From: Phascolarctobacterium sp.
GTDB lineage: Bacteria > Bacillota > Negativicutes > Acidaminococcales > Acidaminococcaceae
Assembly (NCBI GenBank): GCA_022718015.1
Contig: JAIHZV010000001.1
Coordinates: forward strand, 1-32,380
Length of the DNA stretch: 32,380 bases
Direction of reading: 5' to 3'
Part shown: one piece after another, positions 17,091-25,010 of the stretch
Layout of the letters: every line of letters begins with the position of its first letter
How positions within the stretch are numbered: position 1 is the stretch's first letter
Program-made: the position numbers and the translations under genes
Notes under the pieces: model-generated
Told to the model about the DNA's origin: nothing
Seen by the model: only the letters and a program-made list of their open reading frames with translations
Database searches by the model: none

Positions 17091-17116
17091 CTACCCCAAG
17101 TATTATTTTGGAGTAG
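17091..17116. promoter_or_regulatory. Palindromic operator candidate, copy 2 (CTACCCCAA-N8-TTGGAGTAG)
   Basis: 8/9 palindrome. A minus-strand TAAAAT (17068-17063) lies 22 nt away, with no canonical -35. Confidence 0.6.
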
Positions 17117-17176
17117 GACGCTCGATTTTTTGTGTAAAATAGCTTTGTTAAGCTCACCGCCTCCCATTTACGCAGC

Positions 17177-17210
17177 AAAAAAGAGCAGCCCCTGTCTCCA
17201 GGAACTGCTC
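17177..17210 (-). terminator. Putative terminator after noc
   Basis: GAGCAG...CTGCTC stem with an A-run on the + strand (U-run on the - strand), just past the noc stop codon. Confidence 0.55.
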
Positions 17211-17243
17211 TCCCACGTTATCTATCTAAAAAAATCTCTGCCC

Positions 17244-18122
17244 TTAAAACAGCGGCTTGCTATTGCCACCCTTCGGCTTCTTCTGGTTCTTAATGCGCAC
17301 GCTAATGATAACCTCGTCACCCTCCAGCGTCTGCTCCATCGCCACAGGAATACCTGCCGTCTTTACGGCATCGACAACCTGCTTGATGCTGTTGAGATAA
17401 ATGCGCACATCGTTGACAATAACCATACGCTTGCGCTTCTCCTCGCTCTTGCCGTCGAGTAGCTTGTTGATATATTCCTCGGTCTGACGCACGCTGAAGT
17501 TTTTCGCTACGATGGTCTCCAAAACCTCCAAGCGTTTCTCATCATCCGGCAGCTTCAACAGCGCACGGGCATGACGCTCACTGAGCTCTGCGTCCATAAG
17601 CACCTTGCGCACCGGCGCAGAAAGGCGCAGCAGACGCAGCTTGTTGGCAATCGTGGACTGCTTCTTGCCTACGCGCGCAGCCATAGCCTCCTGCGTGATG
17701 TGAAACTGATTCATGAGCTTCTCGTAGCCCTCAGCCTCCTCCAGATAATGCAGGTCCTCGCGCTGCAGGTTCTCGATAAGCGCGATTTCGGCAATCTGCT
17801 GGCTGGTATATTCGCTGATAATCACCGGCACCTCGGCCAGCTTCGCCATTTTGGACGCACGCAGACGGCGTTCTCCGGCGATGAGCATATAGCGGCCATC
17901 CTCCGCAGGCGACACCAGCAGCGGCTGCAGCACGCCATATTGGGCAATCGAGGCCGACAAATCCTCTAAAGCAGCATCATCAAAGTTTTTGCGCGGCTGA
18001 TACGGATTCGGAAAGATCGTGTCAATCGGCACCTTGACCACCTTAACCTCGCTCACGGCCTTACGCTCGCCCAGGCCAAAGTCAGTATCTAATACAGAAA
18101 ATCCATCGTCTACGATCATCAC
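17244..18122 (-). CDS. noc: ParB-family protein, nucleoid occlusion protein Noc type
   Basis: PNPYQPRK, IAGERRLRA, ALIENLQREDL and KKQSTIANKLRLL...ERHARALL motifs, a Noc-like C-terminus (DVRIYLNSIKQ), and its position directly after rsmG. Confidence 0.8.
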   Translation of the reverse strand: MMIVDDGFSVLDTDFGLGERKAVSEVKVVKVPIDTIFPNPYQPRKNFDDAALEDLSASIAQYGVLQPLLVSPAEDGRYMLIAGERRLRASKMAKLAEVPVIISEYTSQQIAEIALIENLQREDLHYLEEAEGYEKLMNQFHITQEAMAARVGKKQSTIANKLRLLRLSAPVRKVLMDAELSERHARALLKLPDDEKRLEVLETIVAKNFSVRQTEEYINKLLDGKSEEKRKRMVIVNDVRIYLNSIKQVVDAVKTAGIPVAMEQTLEGDEVIISVRIKNQKKPKGGNSKPLF

Positions 18123-18133
18123 AACTAATCCCC

Positions 18134-18853
18134 CTATCTGCTCCCTAAGGGCTGTTTCTCCGGCGTACCTGCCTTGCGCGGATACTGCGCCGGCGTCGCC
18201 TTTATTTTTGCTATCTTTATTATAGCACGTCCATCATCAAGTCCGGGAAGTTTTACAGGCTCGGCGCTGATTATTTTTCCGCCGAGTATTTTTACAGCTG
18301 CCTCGCCCTCTTCGATTTCCTCGGCAAAGCGGCTGCCCTTGAGCGCGATAAACTGACCGCCCTTTTTCGCCAGCGGCAGGCAGTATTCGCTGAGCACGCT
18401 CAGACGCGCAACGGCACGCGCCGTCACATAGTCATACTGCTCGCGGTGCTTTTTGCTGCGGCCGGCATCCTCAGCACGCAGATGCTCGCAGCGGATACCC
18501 TTCAGCCCCAGCTCATCAATCACCTGCTCCAGAAAGCGCAGACGCTTGCCCAGAGAATCCACCAGCGTCACCTTCAGGGACGGGCAGTAGATTTTCAGCG
18601 GCACACCGGGAAAGCCGGCACCGGTGCCCACGTCGACGAGCGTTTTGCCCTGCATGCCGTCCTCGTAAGCCAGCAGGCTGTCGACCATATGCTTGACAGC
18701 GACCTCCTCCGGCTCGGTAATCGCAGTCAGGTTCATCACCTTATTTGTTTCCACAAGCAGCTCATAATAACGCGTAAAATGCGCCAGCTGCTCCTCCGTA
18801 AAGCTCAGCTGCGCCTCTGCGCCTCTGGCTGCTAAAATCTCGGCAAAGGTCAC
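18134..18853 (-). CDS. rsmG: 16S rRNA m7G527 methyltransferase
   Basis: NLTAI, KHMVDS, DVGTGAGFPG, VTARAVA and YPRKAGTP motifs. Follows mnmG. Confidence 0.97.
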   Translation of the reverse strand: MTFAEILAARGAEAQLSFTEEQLAHFTRYYELLVETNKVMNLTAITEPEEVAVKHMVDSLLAYEDGMQGKTLVDVGTGAGFPGVPLKIYCPSLKVTLVDSLGKRLRFLEQVIDELGLKGIRCEHLRAEDAGRSKKHREQYDYVTARAVARLSVLSEYCLPLAKKGGQFIALKGSRFAEEIEEGEAAVKILGGKIISAEPVKLPGLDDGRAIIKIAKIKATPAQYPRKAGTPEKQPLGSR

Positions 18854-20736
18854 TCGTCTGTCTCCTTTCGACGTTTAAGCTCCAGCGCAATCATCAGCAC
18901 GCTGATATCCGCAGGCGATACGCCGCTGATACGCGATGCCTGACCGATGTTCGTCGGACGCACCTTGTCCAGCTTTTCGGCTGCCTCGCTCGAAAGCTCC
19001 TTTATCTCATGGTAATCTATATTCTCCGGCAGACGCTTGTTTTCGAGCTTCATGAAGCGCTCCACCTCCTGACGCTGCTTGGTGATATAGCCTTCATATT
19101 TGGCAAAAATCTCGGCCTGCTCTGCCACCTGCGGTGCCAGCTCCGGCAGGTCAAAGGCTGCCTGCAGCTTAGCATAAGTGACCTCCTTGCGACGCAGCAA
19201 ATCCAACAGGCTGGCGCCGCTGCGCAAAGGCGTGGTGCCCAAAGCGGTAAGCTTGGCGTTGTTCTCGGCGCTGGGAGCGATATTGCTTTTGCCCAGCTCG
19301 CTGACAGCACGCTCTAAGGAAGAGCGCTTCTTGGTGAAGATGTCATAGCGTCTGTCGTCGACAAGCCCGAGCTGGCGGCCCTTCTCCGTCAGGCGCAGGT
19401 CAGCATTGTCCTGACGCAGCAGCAGACGGTATTCGGCACGCGAGGTCATCATACGGTACGGCTCATGCGTGCCCTTGGTAACAAGGTCGTCAATCAGCAC
19501 GCCGATATACGCCTCATCACGGCGCAACACCAGCGGCTCGCGTCCCTGAATCTTCATCATGGCGTTGATGCCCGCCATCAGGCCCTGCGCTGCCGCCTCC
19601 TCATAGCCGCTCGTGCCGTTGGACTGGCCGGCGCTGAACAGGCCGCTGATAGCCTTATGCTCCAGAGAGGGAGCAAGCTGCAGCGGGTCCAGGCAGTCAT
19701 AGTCAATCGCATAGCCTGCACGCATCATTTTGCAGTGCTCCAGACCGGGAATTGTCTGCATGAACTGCAGCTGGATATGTGCCGGCAGTGCGGAACTCAT
19801 GCCCTGCACATACATCTCGTTCGTGCTGCGTCCCTCCGGCTCGATGAAGAGCTGGTGTCTGTCCTTGTTGGCAAAGCGCACCAGCTTCGACTCGATGGAA
19901 GGGCAGTAGCGTGGGCCGACGCCCTCGATAAGACCGTTGAACATGCCTGATAAGTGCAAATTGTCCCGGATTATTTTATGTGTTGCCTCATTGGTATAGG
20001 TAAGGTAGCAGGGAACCTGCTCGCGCGTTTTGATATCGCTGATAAAGGAGAAGTTGCGTACCTCCTCATCGCCATACTGCGGCTCCATCTTGCTGTAGTC
20101 CAGGCTGCGAGCGTCGATACGTGCAGGCGTACCCGTCTTGAAGCGCATCAGCTCCACGCCATTCTCTATGAGGGACGCCGACAGCTTCTCGGCGCTGCGC
20201 AAACCGTTCGGGCCGCACTCATAGTTGAGCTGGCCGTAGACAATGCGGCCGCGCAGATAGGTACCTGTCGCCAAAATAACGCAGCGAGCCTCAAAGACCT
20301 CGCCTGTTTCGGCCTCTACGCCGACAACCTCGCCGTTTTCCACGAGCAGCTTGTCAATCATCAGCTGCTTCAGCTCCAGATTCTCCTGATTCTCGACGAT
20401 TTTTTTCATCAGCGTGTGATAATACGGCTTATCCTCCTGTCCGCGCAGCGCATGGACTGCATAGCCCTTGCCTGTGTTCAGCAGACGCATCTGGATGCAC
20501 GCCAAATCCGCACTAATGCCCATCTGTCCGCCTAAGGCGTCCAGCTCACGCACCAGATGGCCCTTTGCCGGACCGCCGATAGACGGGTTGCACGGCATCA
20601 GTGCCACATTATCTAAAGAAAGCGTTGCCAGCAGCGTTTTGCCTCCCAGACGTGCCGCAGCCAAGGCTGCCTCCACGCCTGCGTGGCCTGCGCCGACAAC
20701 AATTACATCAAAGGTATCTGTTATATAGCTCATCAT
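18850..20736 (-). CDS. mnmG: tRNA uridine-5-carboxymethylaminomethyl(34) synthesis enzyme
   Basis: VVGAGHAGVEAA, CNPSIGG, RFKTGTP, GPRYCPSIE and NGTSGYEEAAAQG motifs. Confidence 0.98.
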   Translation of the reverse strand: MMSYITDTFDVIVVGAGHAGVEAALAAARLGGKTLLATLSLDNVALMPCNPSIGGPAKGHLVRELDALGGQMGISADLACIQMRLLNTGKGYAVHALRGQEDKPYYHTLMKKIVENQENLELKQLMIDKLLVENGEVVGVEAETGEVFEARCVILATGTYLRGRIVYGQLNYECGPNGLRSAEKLSASLIENGVELMRFKTGTPARIDARSLDYSKMEPQYGDEEVRNFSFISDIKTREQVPCYLTYTNEATHKIIRDNLHLSGMFNGLIEGVGPRYCPSIESKLVRFANKDRHQLFIEPEGRSTNEMYVQGMSSALPAHIQLQFMQTIPGLEHCKMMRAGYAIDYDCLDPLQLAPSLEHKAISGLFSAGQSNGTSGYEEAAAQGLMAGINAMMKIQGREPLVLRRDEAYIGVLIDDLVTKGTHEPYRMMTSRAEYRLLLRQDNADLRLTEKGRQLGLVDDRRYDIFTKKRSSLERAVSELGKSNIAPSAENNAKLTALGTTPLRSGASLLDLLRRKEVTYAKLQAAFDLPELAPQVAEQAEIFAKYEGYITKQRQEVERFMKLENKRLPENIDYHEIKELSSEAAEKLDKVRPTNIGQASRISGVSPADISVLMIALELKRRKETDE

Positions 20737-20744
20737 CTAACCCC

Positions 20745-22145
20745 TTATTTGCCTATGCAGAAACGCGAGAAAATCTCGTTGATGATTTCGTCCTGCACCG
20801 TATCGCCGGTAATCTCGCCCAAAAGCTCAATCGCCGTGCGTACATCTATCACTATGCAGTCATAGGGCAGCATATTCTCAGCCGCCTGCGCCGCATCCAC
20901 CAGCGCCTGCAAGCCCTCACGCAGCAAACGCTCCTGACGCGCGTTCTGAATATACACGCCGTCGCCCAGCGTCCCCTCGCTGCCATATACATAATTCTTG
21001 AGCCAGGCCGAAAATTCCTCTATGCCGCTCAAGGTTTTTGCGGAAAGCGTCATCACCTTATCCGCACCAAAGCGCTGTCTGAGCGCCTCGATATCCACCG
21101 CCAGCTCCAAATCGCTCTTATTGACGATGATAACGCAGGGCTTGCCCTCTGCCGCCTCCAGGATGGCCTCATCCTCTGCTGTCAGACCGGCGCTGCCGTC
21201 GATAACGCAGATAACCAGCTCCGAATCCTGCAGCAGACGGCGGCTCTTCTCCACGCCGATTTTCTCGACGAAATCATCGGTAGAGCGAATGCCTGCCGTA
21301 TCTGCCAGCACCAGCGGCACGCCGTCCAAAAGCAGCTGCTCCTCGATAACATCGCGCGTTGTGCCTGCGTATTGCGAAACAATAGCGCGCTCCTCACGCA
21401 GCAGCGCGTTGAGCAGACTGCTCTTGCCCACGTTCGGCCTGCCGACAATAGCCGTGCGCAGTCCCTCGCGCAGAATCTTGCCTGTATGTGCATGCGCCAG
21501 AAGGCCTTCTATCTTGCTCACAGCGCCGCCGATATTCTCCTGCACTGCGCCATAGGTCACGTCCTCGATATCCTCCTCCGGATAATCAATCACGGCCTCC
21601 AGATTAACAATGACATTCACGAGCGCCTTGCGAATGCTGCGTAGCTCGCCTGCCAGCTGTCCCTGCTGCTGGCGTGCAGCCAGCTTCAGGCCTGCCTCGC
21701 TGCGGGAGCGGATAATATCCATAACCGCCTCGGCCTGCGTCAGGTCAATGCGGCCATTGAGGAAGGCGCGCTTCGTAAACTCGCCCGGCTCCGCCGGTCT
21801 TGCGCCTGCCGCATAGGTCAGCTGCAGAAGCTTCTTCAGCGCCTGCACGCCGCCGTGGCATTGCAGCTCCACGACATCCTCAGCCGTATAGGAGCGCGGA
21901 GCACGCATATATACTGCCAGCACCTCGTCGACAAGGCTGCCGTCCTGATCATAAACATGTCCATAGACCAGCGTATTGACAGGATAGGCTCCGAGCGGCT
22001 TGCCAGAGGCTGCCTTGAAGAGAGCCTCGCCTATAGCCAGCGCCTCACTGCCGCTGATACGGATGATGCCCACCGAGCCCTCGCCCAAGGCTGTCGCCAC
22101 AGCGCTGATGGTATCCTCCAGAGTAATTGTCTTAGACATAGCCAT
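20745..22145 (-). CDS. mnmE: tRNA modification GTPase
   Basis: GEFTKRAFLNG, GRPNVGKSS, GTTRD, DTAG and NKSD motifs, with terminal FCIGK. The exact start (22145 or 22139) is uncertain. Confidence 0.98.
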   Translation of the reverse strand: MAMSKTITLEDTISAVATALGEGSVGIIRISGSEALAIGEALFKAASGKPLGAYPVNTLVYGHVYDQDGSLVDEVLAVYMRAPRSYTAEDVVELQCHGGVQALKKLLQLTYAAGARPAEPGEFTKRAFLNGRIDLTQAEAVMDIIRSRSEAGLKLAARQQQGQLAGELRSIRKALVNVIVNLEAVIDYPEEDIEDVTYGAVQENIGGAVSKIEGLLAHAHTGKILREGLRTAIVGRPNVGKSSLLNALLREERAIVSQYAGTTRDVIEEQLLLDGVPLVLADTAGIRSTDDFVEKIGVEKSRRLLQDSELVICVIDGSAGLTAEDEAILEAAEGKPCVIIVNKSDLELAVDIEALRQRFGADKVMTLSAKTLSGIEEFSAWLKNYVYGSEGTLGDGVYIQNARQERLLREGLQALVDAAQAAENMLPYDCIVIDVRTAIELLGEITGDTVQDEIINEIFSRFCIGK

Positions 22146-22167
22146 TCTCCTTTATCTCAATTTAGAC

Positions 22168-22226
22168 AAAAAAGGCTGTCGCAAAGCGTATACAGAAACA
22201 CTTGCCGCGACAGCCTTAATTTTTTT
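22168..22226. terminator. Long-loop inverted repeat/terminator between jag and mnmE
   Basis: AAGGCTGTCGC (22172-22182) pairs with GCGACAGCCTT (22207-22217), flanked by A- and T-runs. Confidence 0.65.
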
Positions 22227-23214
22227 ATTTTCTCAGTTCGATAACCACATGACGGAACGGATCATCGCCCTCGCTCAGCGTCGTAACACGGTTGTCACGC
22301 TGCAGAGCCATATGGATGATTTTGCGCTCATGCGGATTCATCGGCTCCAGGGCTACGCGTTCACCGGTACGTTTAACCTTATCTGCCAGTCTTCTAGCCA
22401 GACGGGTCAGGGTTTCAATACGGCGGTCGCGGTAATCTTCAACATCAATCACAACACGTACACGCTCGTCGCTGTTCTTGTTGGCAACGAGGTTGGTCAG
22501 ATATTGCAGGCTGTCCAGAGTCTGGCCATGCTTGCCGATGAGGATGCCCATATCTGCACCGTGCAGGCGCAGGGTTACACTGCCATCGTATTTGTTGATG
22601 AATTTTTCCATAACCACTTCAATGCGCATAGCATTGAAAACCTTTTGCAGAAACTCTCTGGCAGCATTCACTGCTTCGTCGTTTACTGCATATTTGCGCG
22701 GCTCGCGGAACTCCTTACGGCCACCACGCTCACCGCGTTCACGGCCATAATGCTCGCTCTTGAGCGCATTGAGTGCACTGATAGCGCTATCCACAGCGTC
22801 GTCCTTCGCATCAACAGCCTTTTTGCTCAGGTCCTCGGCAGCATCAGCAGCCTTCTTGCCGAAATCCTCAGCAGCGCTGACAGCGTCAGCCTTCACAGCC
22901 TCTGCCTTCTTAGCCAGAGCGCCTGCAGCCACGTCAGCAGCAGCCTTCACTGCACTGACAGCCTCACTTGCAGCCTCGCTGACGGTTTTTTCCGGTGCAG
23001 CAGGTGCAGCAGTATTTTCTTCAGCAGCCGGAGCCTCTTTTACGGAAACACGCACGCGTGCATCCTTACGGCCAAAGCCGAAAAAGCCCTTTTTGCCTTC
23101 TTCCAGTACTTCGATAACAGCTTCGTCAGCGGTAATCTTTAATTCCTCTAAGGCTGCAGCCACAGCCTCATCAACGCTTTTACCTGTTTTTTCAACAAAA
23201 GCCATCTTTACCAC
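22225..23214 (-). CDS. jag: RNA-binding cell elongation regulator Jag/EloR (KhpB)
   Basis: Jag_N (GKSVDEAV...KKGFFGFG), KH (LIGKHGQTLDSLQYL) and R3H (ERKIIH) domains. The start may be 3 codons further in. Confidence 0.95.
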   Translation of the reverse strand: MVKMAFVEKTGKSVDEAVAAALEELKITADEAVIEVLEEGKKGFFGFGRKDARVRVSVKEAPAAEENTAAPAAPEKTVSEAASEAVSAVKAAADVAAGALAKKAEAVKADAVSAAEDFGKKAADAAEDLSKKAVDAKDDAVDSAISALNALKSEHYGRERGERGGRKEFREPRKYAVNDEAVNAAREFLQKVFNAMRIEVVMEKFINKYDGSVTLRLHGADMGILIGKHGQTLDSLQYLTNLVANKNSDERVRVVIDVEDYRDRRIETLTRLARRLADKVKRTGERVALEPMNPHERKIIHMALQRDNRVTTLSEGDDPFRHVVIELRK

Positions 23215-23217
23215 TCC

Positions 23218-23862
23218 TTATTTGGCAGCAGCAGCTTTATTCATAATAGACTGCTGTGCAATCTGCATAATGTTCATTACTACCCAGTACAGTACAAGAC
23301 CAGCCGGGAAGGTCAGGCTGATATAGCCGATAAACAGAGGCATGAAGTATGCCATCATCTTGTTCTGCGCACCACCGCCAGCAGGCATAGTCTGCTTGGT
23401 CTGGATATAGGTAGTCAGTGCAGAAAGCACCGGTAAGATATAGGTCGGGTCAGCCAGAGAAATATCCTTAAGCCATAAGAAGCTTGTCACAAGCTCAGGA
23501 TGAGCAGCGTAATCATAATCGCGGATGCCATAGAAGATACCAATCATAATCGGCATCTGGATCAGCAGCGGCAGGCAGCCTGCCAGCGGATTTACGCCTT
23601 CGCTTTTATAAAGATTAGCCAGCTCCATGTTCAGGCGCTGCTTGTCATCTTTATATTTTTCCTGCAGTGCCTTCATTTTCGGCTGGATTTCCATCATTGC
23701 CTTAGTAGACTGAATCTGTTTCTGCGTCAGCGGATACATAATCAGCTTGATAATAATAGTCATGAGCACAATTGCCAGACCAAGGTTCGGGATACCCATG
23801 CTCTCCGTGAAATTGTAGAGAACTGTCAGTACCTGTTGCACGATATTAGCGAGAAAATCCAA
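23218..23862 (-). CDS. yidC: Membrane protein insertase YidC/Oxa1 (short form)
   Basis: NPLAGCLPLLIQMPI, FPAGLVLYW and QIAQQ motifs, in conserved synteny. TTG start. Confidence 0.95.
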   Translation of the reverse strand: MDFLANIVQQVLTVLYNFTESMGIPNLGLAIVLMTIIIKLIMYPLTQKQIQSTKAMMEIQPKMKALQEKYKDDKQRLNMELANLYKSEGVNPLAGCLPLLIQMPIMIGIFYGIRDYDYAAHPELVTSFLWLKDISLADPTYILPVLSALTTYIQTKQTMPAGGGAQNKMMAYFMPLFIGYISLTFPAGLVLYWVVMNIMQIAQQSIMNKAAAAK

Positions 23863-23905
23863 GATATCACTCCTTAAGAAACAAAGTGTTGCAATAAATT
23901 ACGTA

Positions 23906-24115
23906 TTATTTTACAGGATCATAGCCGCCAGGATGATAGGGATGACACTTGCAGATCCGTTTCAATGCCAGCCAGGAGCCAAGCAAGGGGCCCTTCTTCT
24001 GTATCGCTTCAATAGCGTACGCTGAGCATGTAGGGTAAAACCTGCAGGTCGGCGGAAACAATGGTGATATAAAAATCTGGTAGAATCTTATACACAAAAT
24101 CAGTATCCTGCTCAT
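23906..24115 (-). CDS. yidD: Membrane protein insertion efficiency factor
   Basis: YQIFISP...[10 protein letters not shown]...[12 protein letters not shown]. Confidence 0.96.
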   Translation of the reverse strand: MSRILILCIRFYQIFISPLFPPTCRFYPTCSAYAIEAIQKKGPLLGSWLALKRICKCHPYHPGGYDPVK

Positions 24116-24127
24116 AGTCTTCTATCC

Positions 24128-24496
24128 TTATTCCTGCAGCAATGCTGCTCTTTTCGCCAGTCTTAAAAAAACACGCTCAAAAGTCTTATAATCAGCCTTT
24201 GTCAGCTTGCGGCGAGCTACCCACACTATATGGTAGCCTTTTTTAAGCTCTGCCTTGTGTTTGCGGAAAACCTCCCGCATCAGACGCTTAACATGGTTGC
24301 GCACCACAGCGCAGCCCAGCTTTTTGCCTACTGCCAGACCAATCTTTATATCCTCGCCCTGATCGGCAAGAATGTAAAACACTGACAGTGCATCTACTAC
24401 TGTGCGTCCTTTTCCATAAACTATCTGGAAACTCTTCTTTGATTTTAATCTGTTGAATTTTTTTAAAGTATACTTTTTCTTTTGCATTAACTGCAC
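24128..24496 (-). CDS. rnpA: Ribonuclease P protein component
   Basis: KKLGCAVVRNHVKRLMRE is an RNR-motif variant, in conserved synteny. The start may be ATG 24487. Confidence 0.95.
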   Translation of the reverse strand: MQLMQKKKYTLKKFNRLKSKKSFQIVYGKGRTVVDALSVFYILADQGEDIKIGLAVGKKLGCAVVRNHVKRLMREVFRKHKAELKKGYHIVWVARRKLTKADYKTFERVFLRLAKRAALLQE

Positions 24497-24510
24497 CTGC
24501 CCGCATGGAA

Positions 24511-24538
24511 AAAATAGGCCACTTGCGCGGCCTATTTT
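24511..24538 (-). terminator. Hairpin/terminator between rpmH and rnpA
   Basis: AAAATAGGCC-N8-GGCCTATTTT perfect inverted repeat. Confidence 0.7.
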
Positions 24539-24544
24539 ATAATT

Positions 24545-24679
24545 TTATGCAGACAATTTCTTTCTGCCTCTAGCACGTCTTCTTTTGAGAACTTGACGAC
24601 CGCCCAAAGTTTTCATTCTTTCTCTGAAACCATGAGTTCTTTTTCTTCTGAGATTGTTAGGTTGAAAAGTACGTTTCAT
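24545..24679 (-). CDS. rpmH: 50S ribosomal protein L34 (missing from the ORF track, 44 aa)
   Basis: Manual translation begins [32 protein letters not shown] and ends [20 protein letters not shown] upstream. Confidence 0.97.
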   Translation of the reverse strand: MKRTFQPNNLRRKRTHGFRERMKTLGGRQVLKRRRARGRKKLSA

Positions 24680-24693
24680 TCAGTATTCCCTCC

Positions 24694-24909
24694 TTATCCA
24701 CCGCAAAATTTTATCAATTTCTATTTATGTGAATATTGATAGCTGGCGCTGTACCCTGCGCCGAAACCATACGCAAGGTATTACTAACATATTATATGGG
24801 AAAATAAAAACTTCGTCAAGTGAAAAGAAGTATTTTTCTAGCTTCTGCGAAAAAATTCGTGAGAAATTTGCTAACTTATCCACAGTCTGCTAAAATAGTA
24901 TGTGTATAA
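24694..24909. promoter_or_regulatory. DnaA boxes upstream of dnaA (left part of a bipartite oriC)
   Basis: TTATCCACA at 24876-24884, TGTGTATAA at 24901-24909 and TTATCCACC at 24694-24702 (1 mismatch). Confidence 0.85.
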
Positions 24910-25010
24910 CTATCATTTACGGTAATTATTCGGCACTTACACAGCTCCGGGAGAGCTCTGCAGGCTGTCGTTTTTATTTTTTATAAATCAGCGAGAAAGG
25001 ATGTATCTGT

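Noticed and set aside
110..17116. Prophage, ICE or transposon call for the accessory cluster
   Set aside because: No integrase, transposase, relaxase, phage structural gene or tRNA attachment site is visible. The 'virion core protein' label for this SPFH family does not indicate a phage.
20601..23326. Long + strand ORFs (347, 380 and 188 aa)
   Set aside because: They are antisense to mnmG/mnmE/jag and have no recognisable domains.
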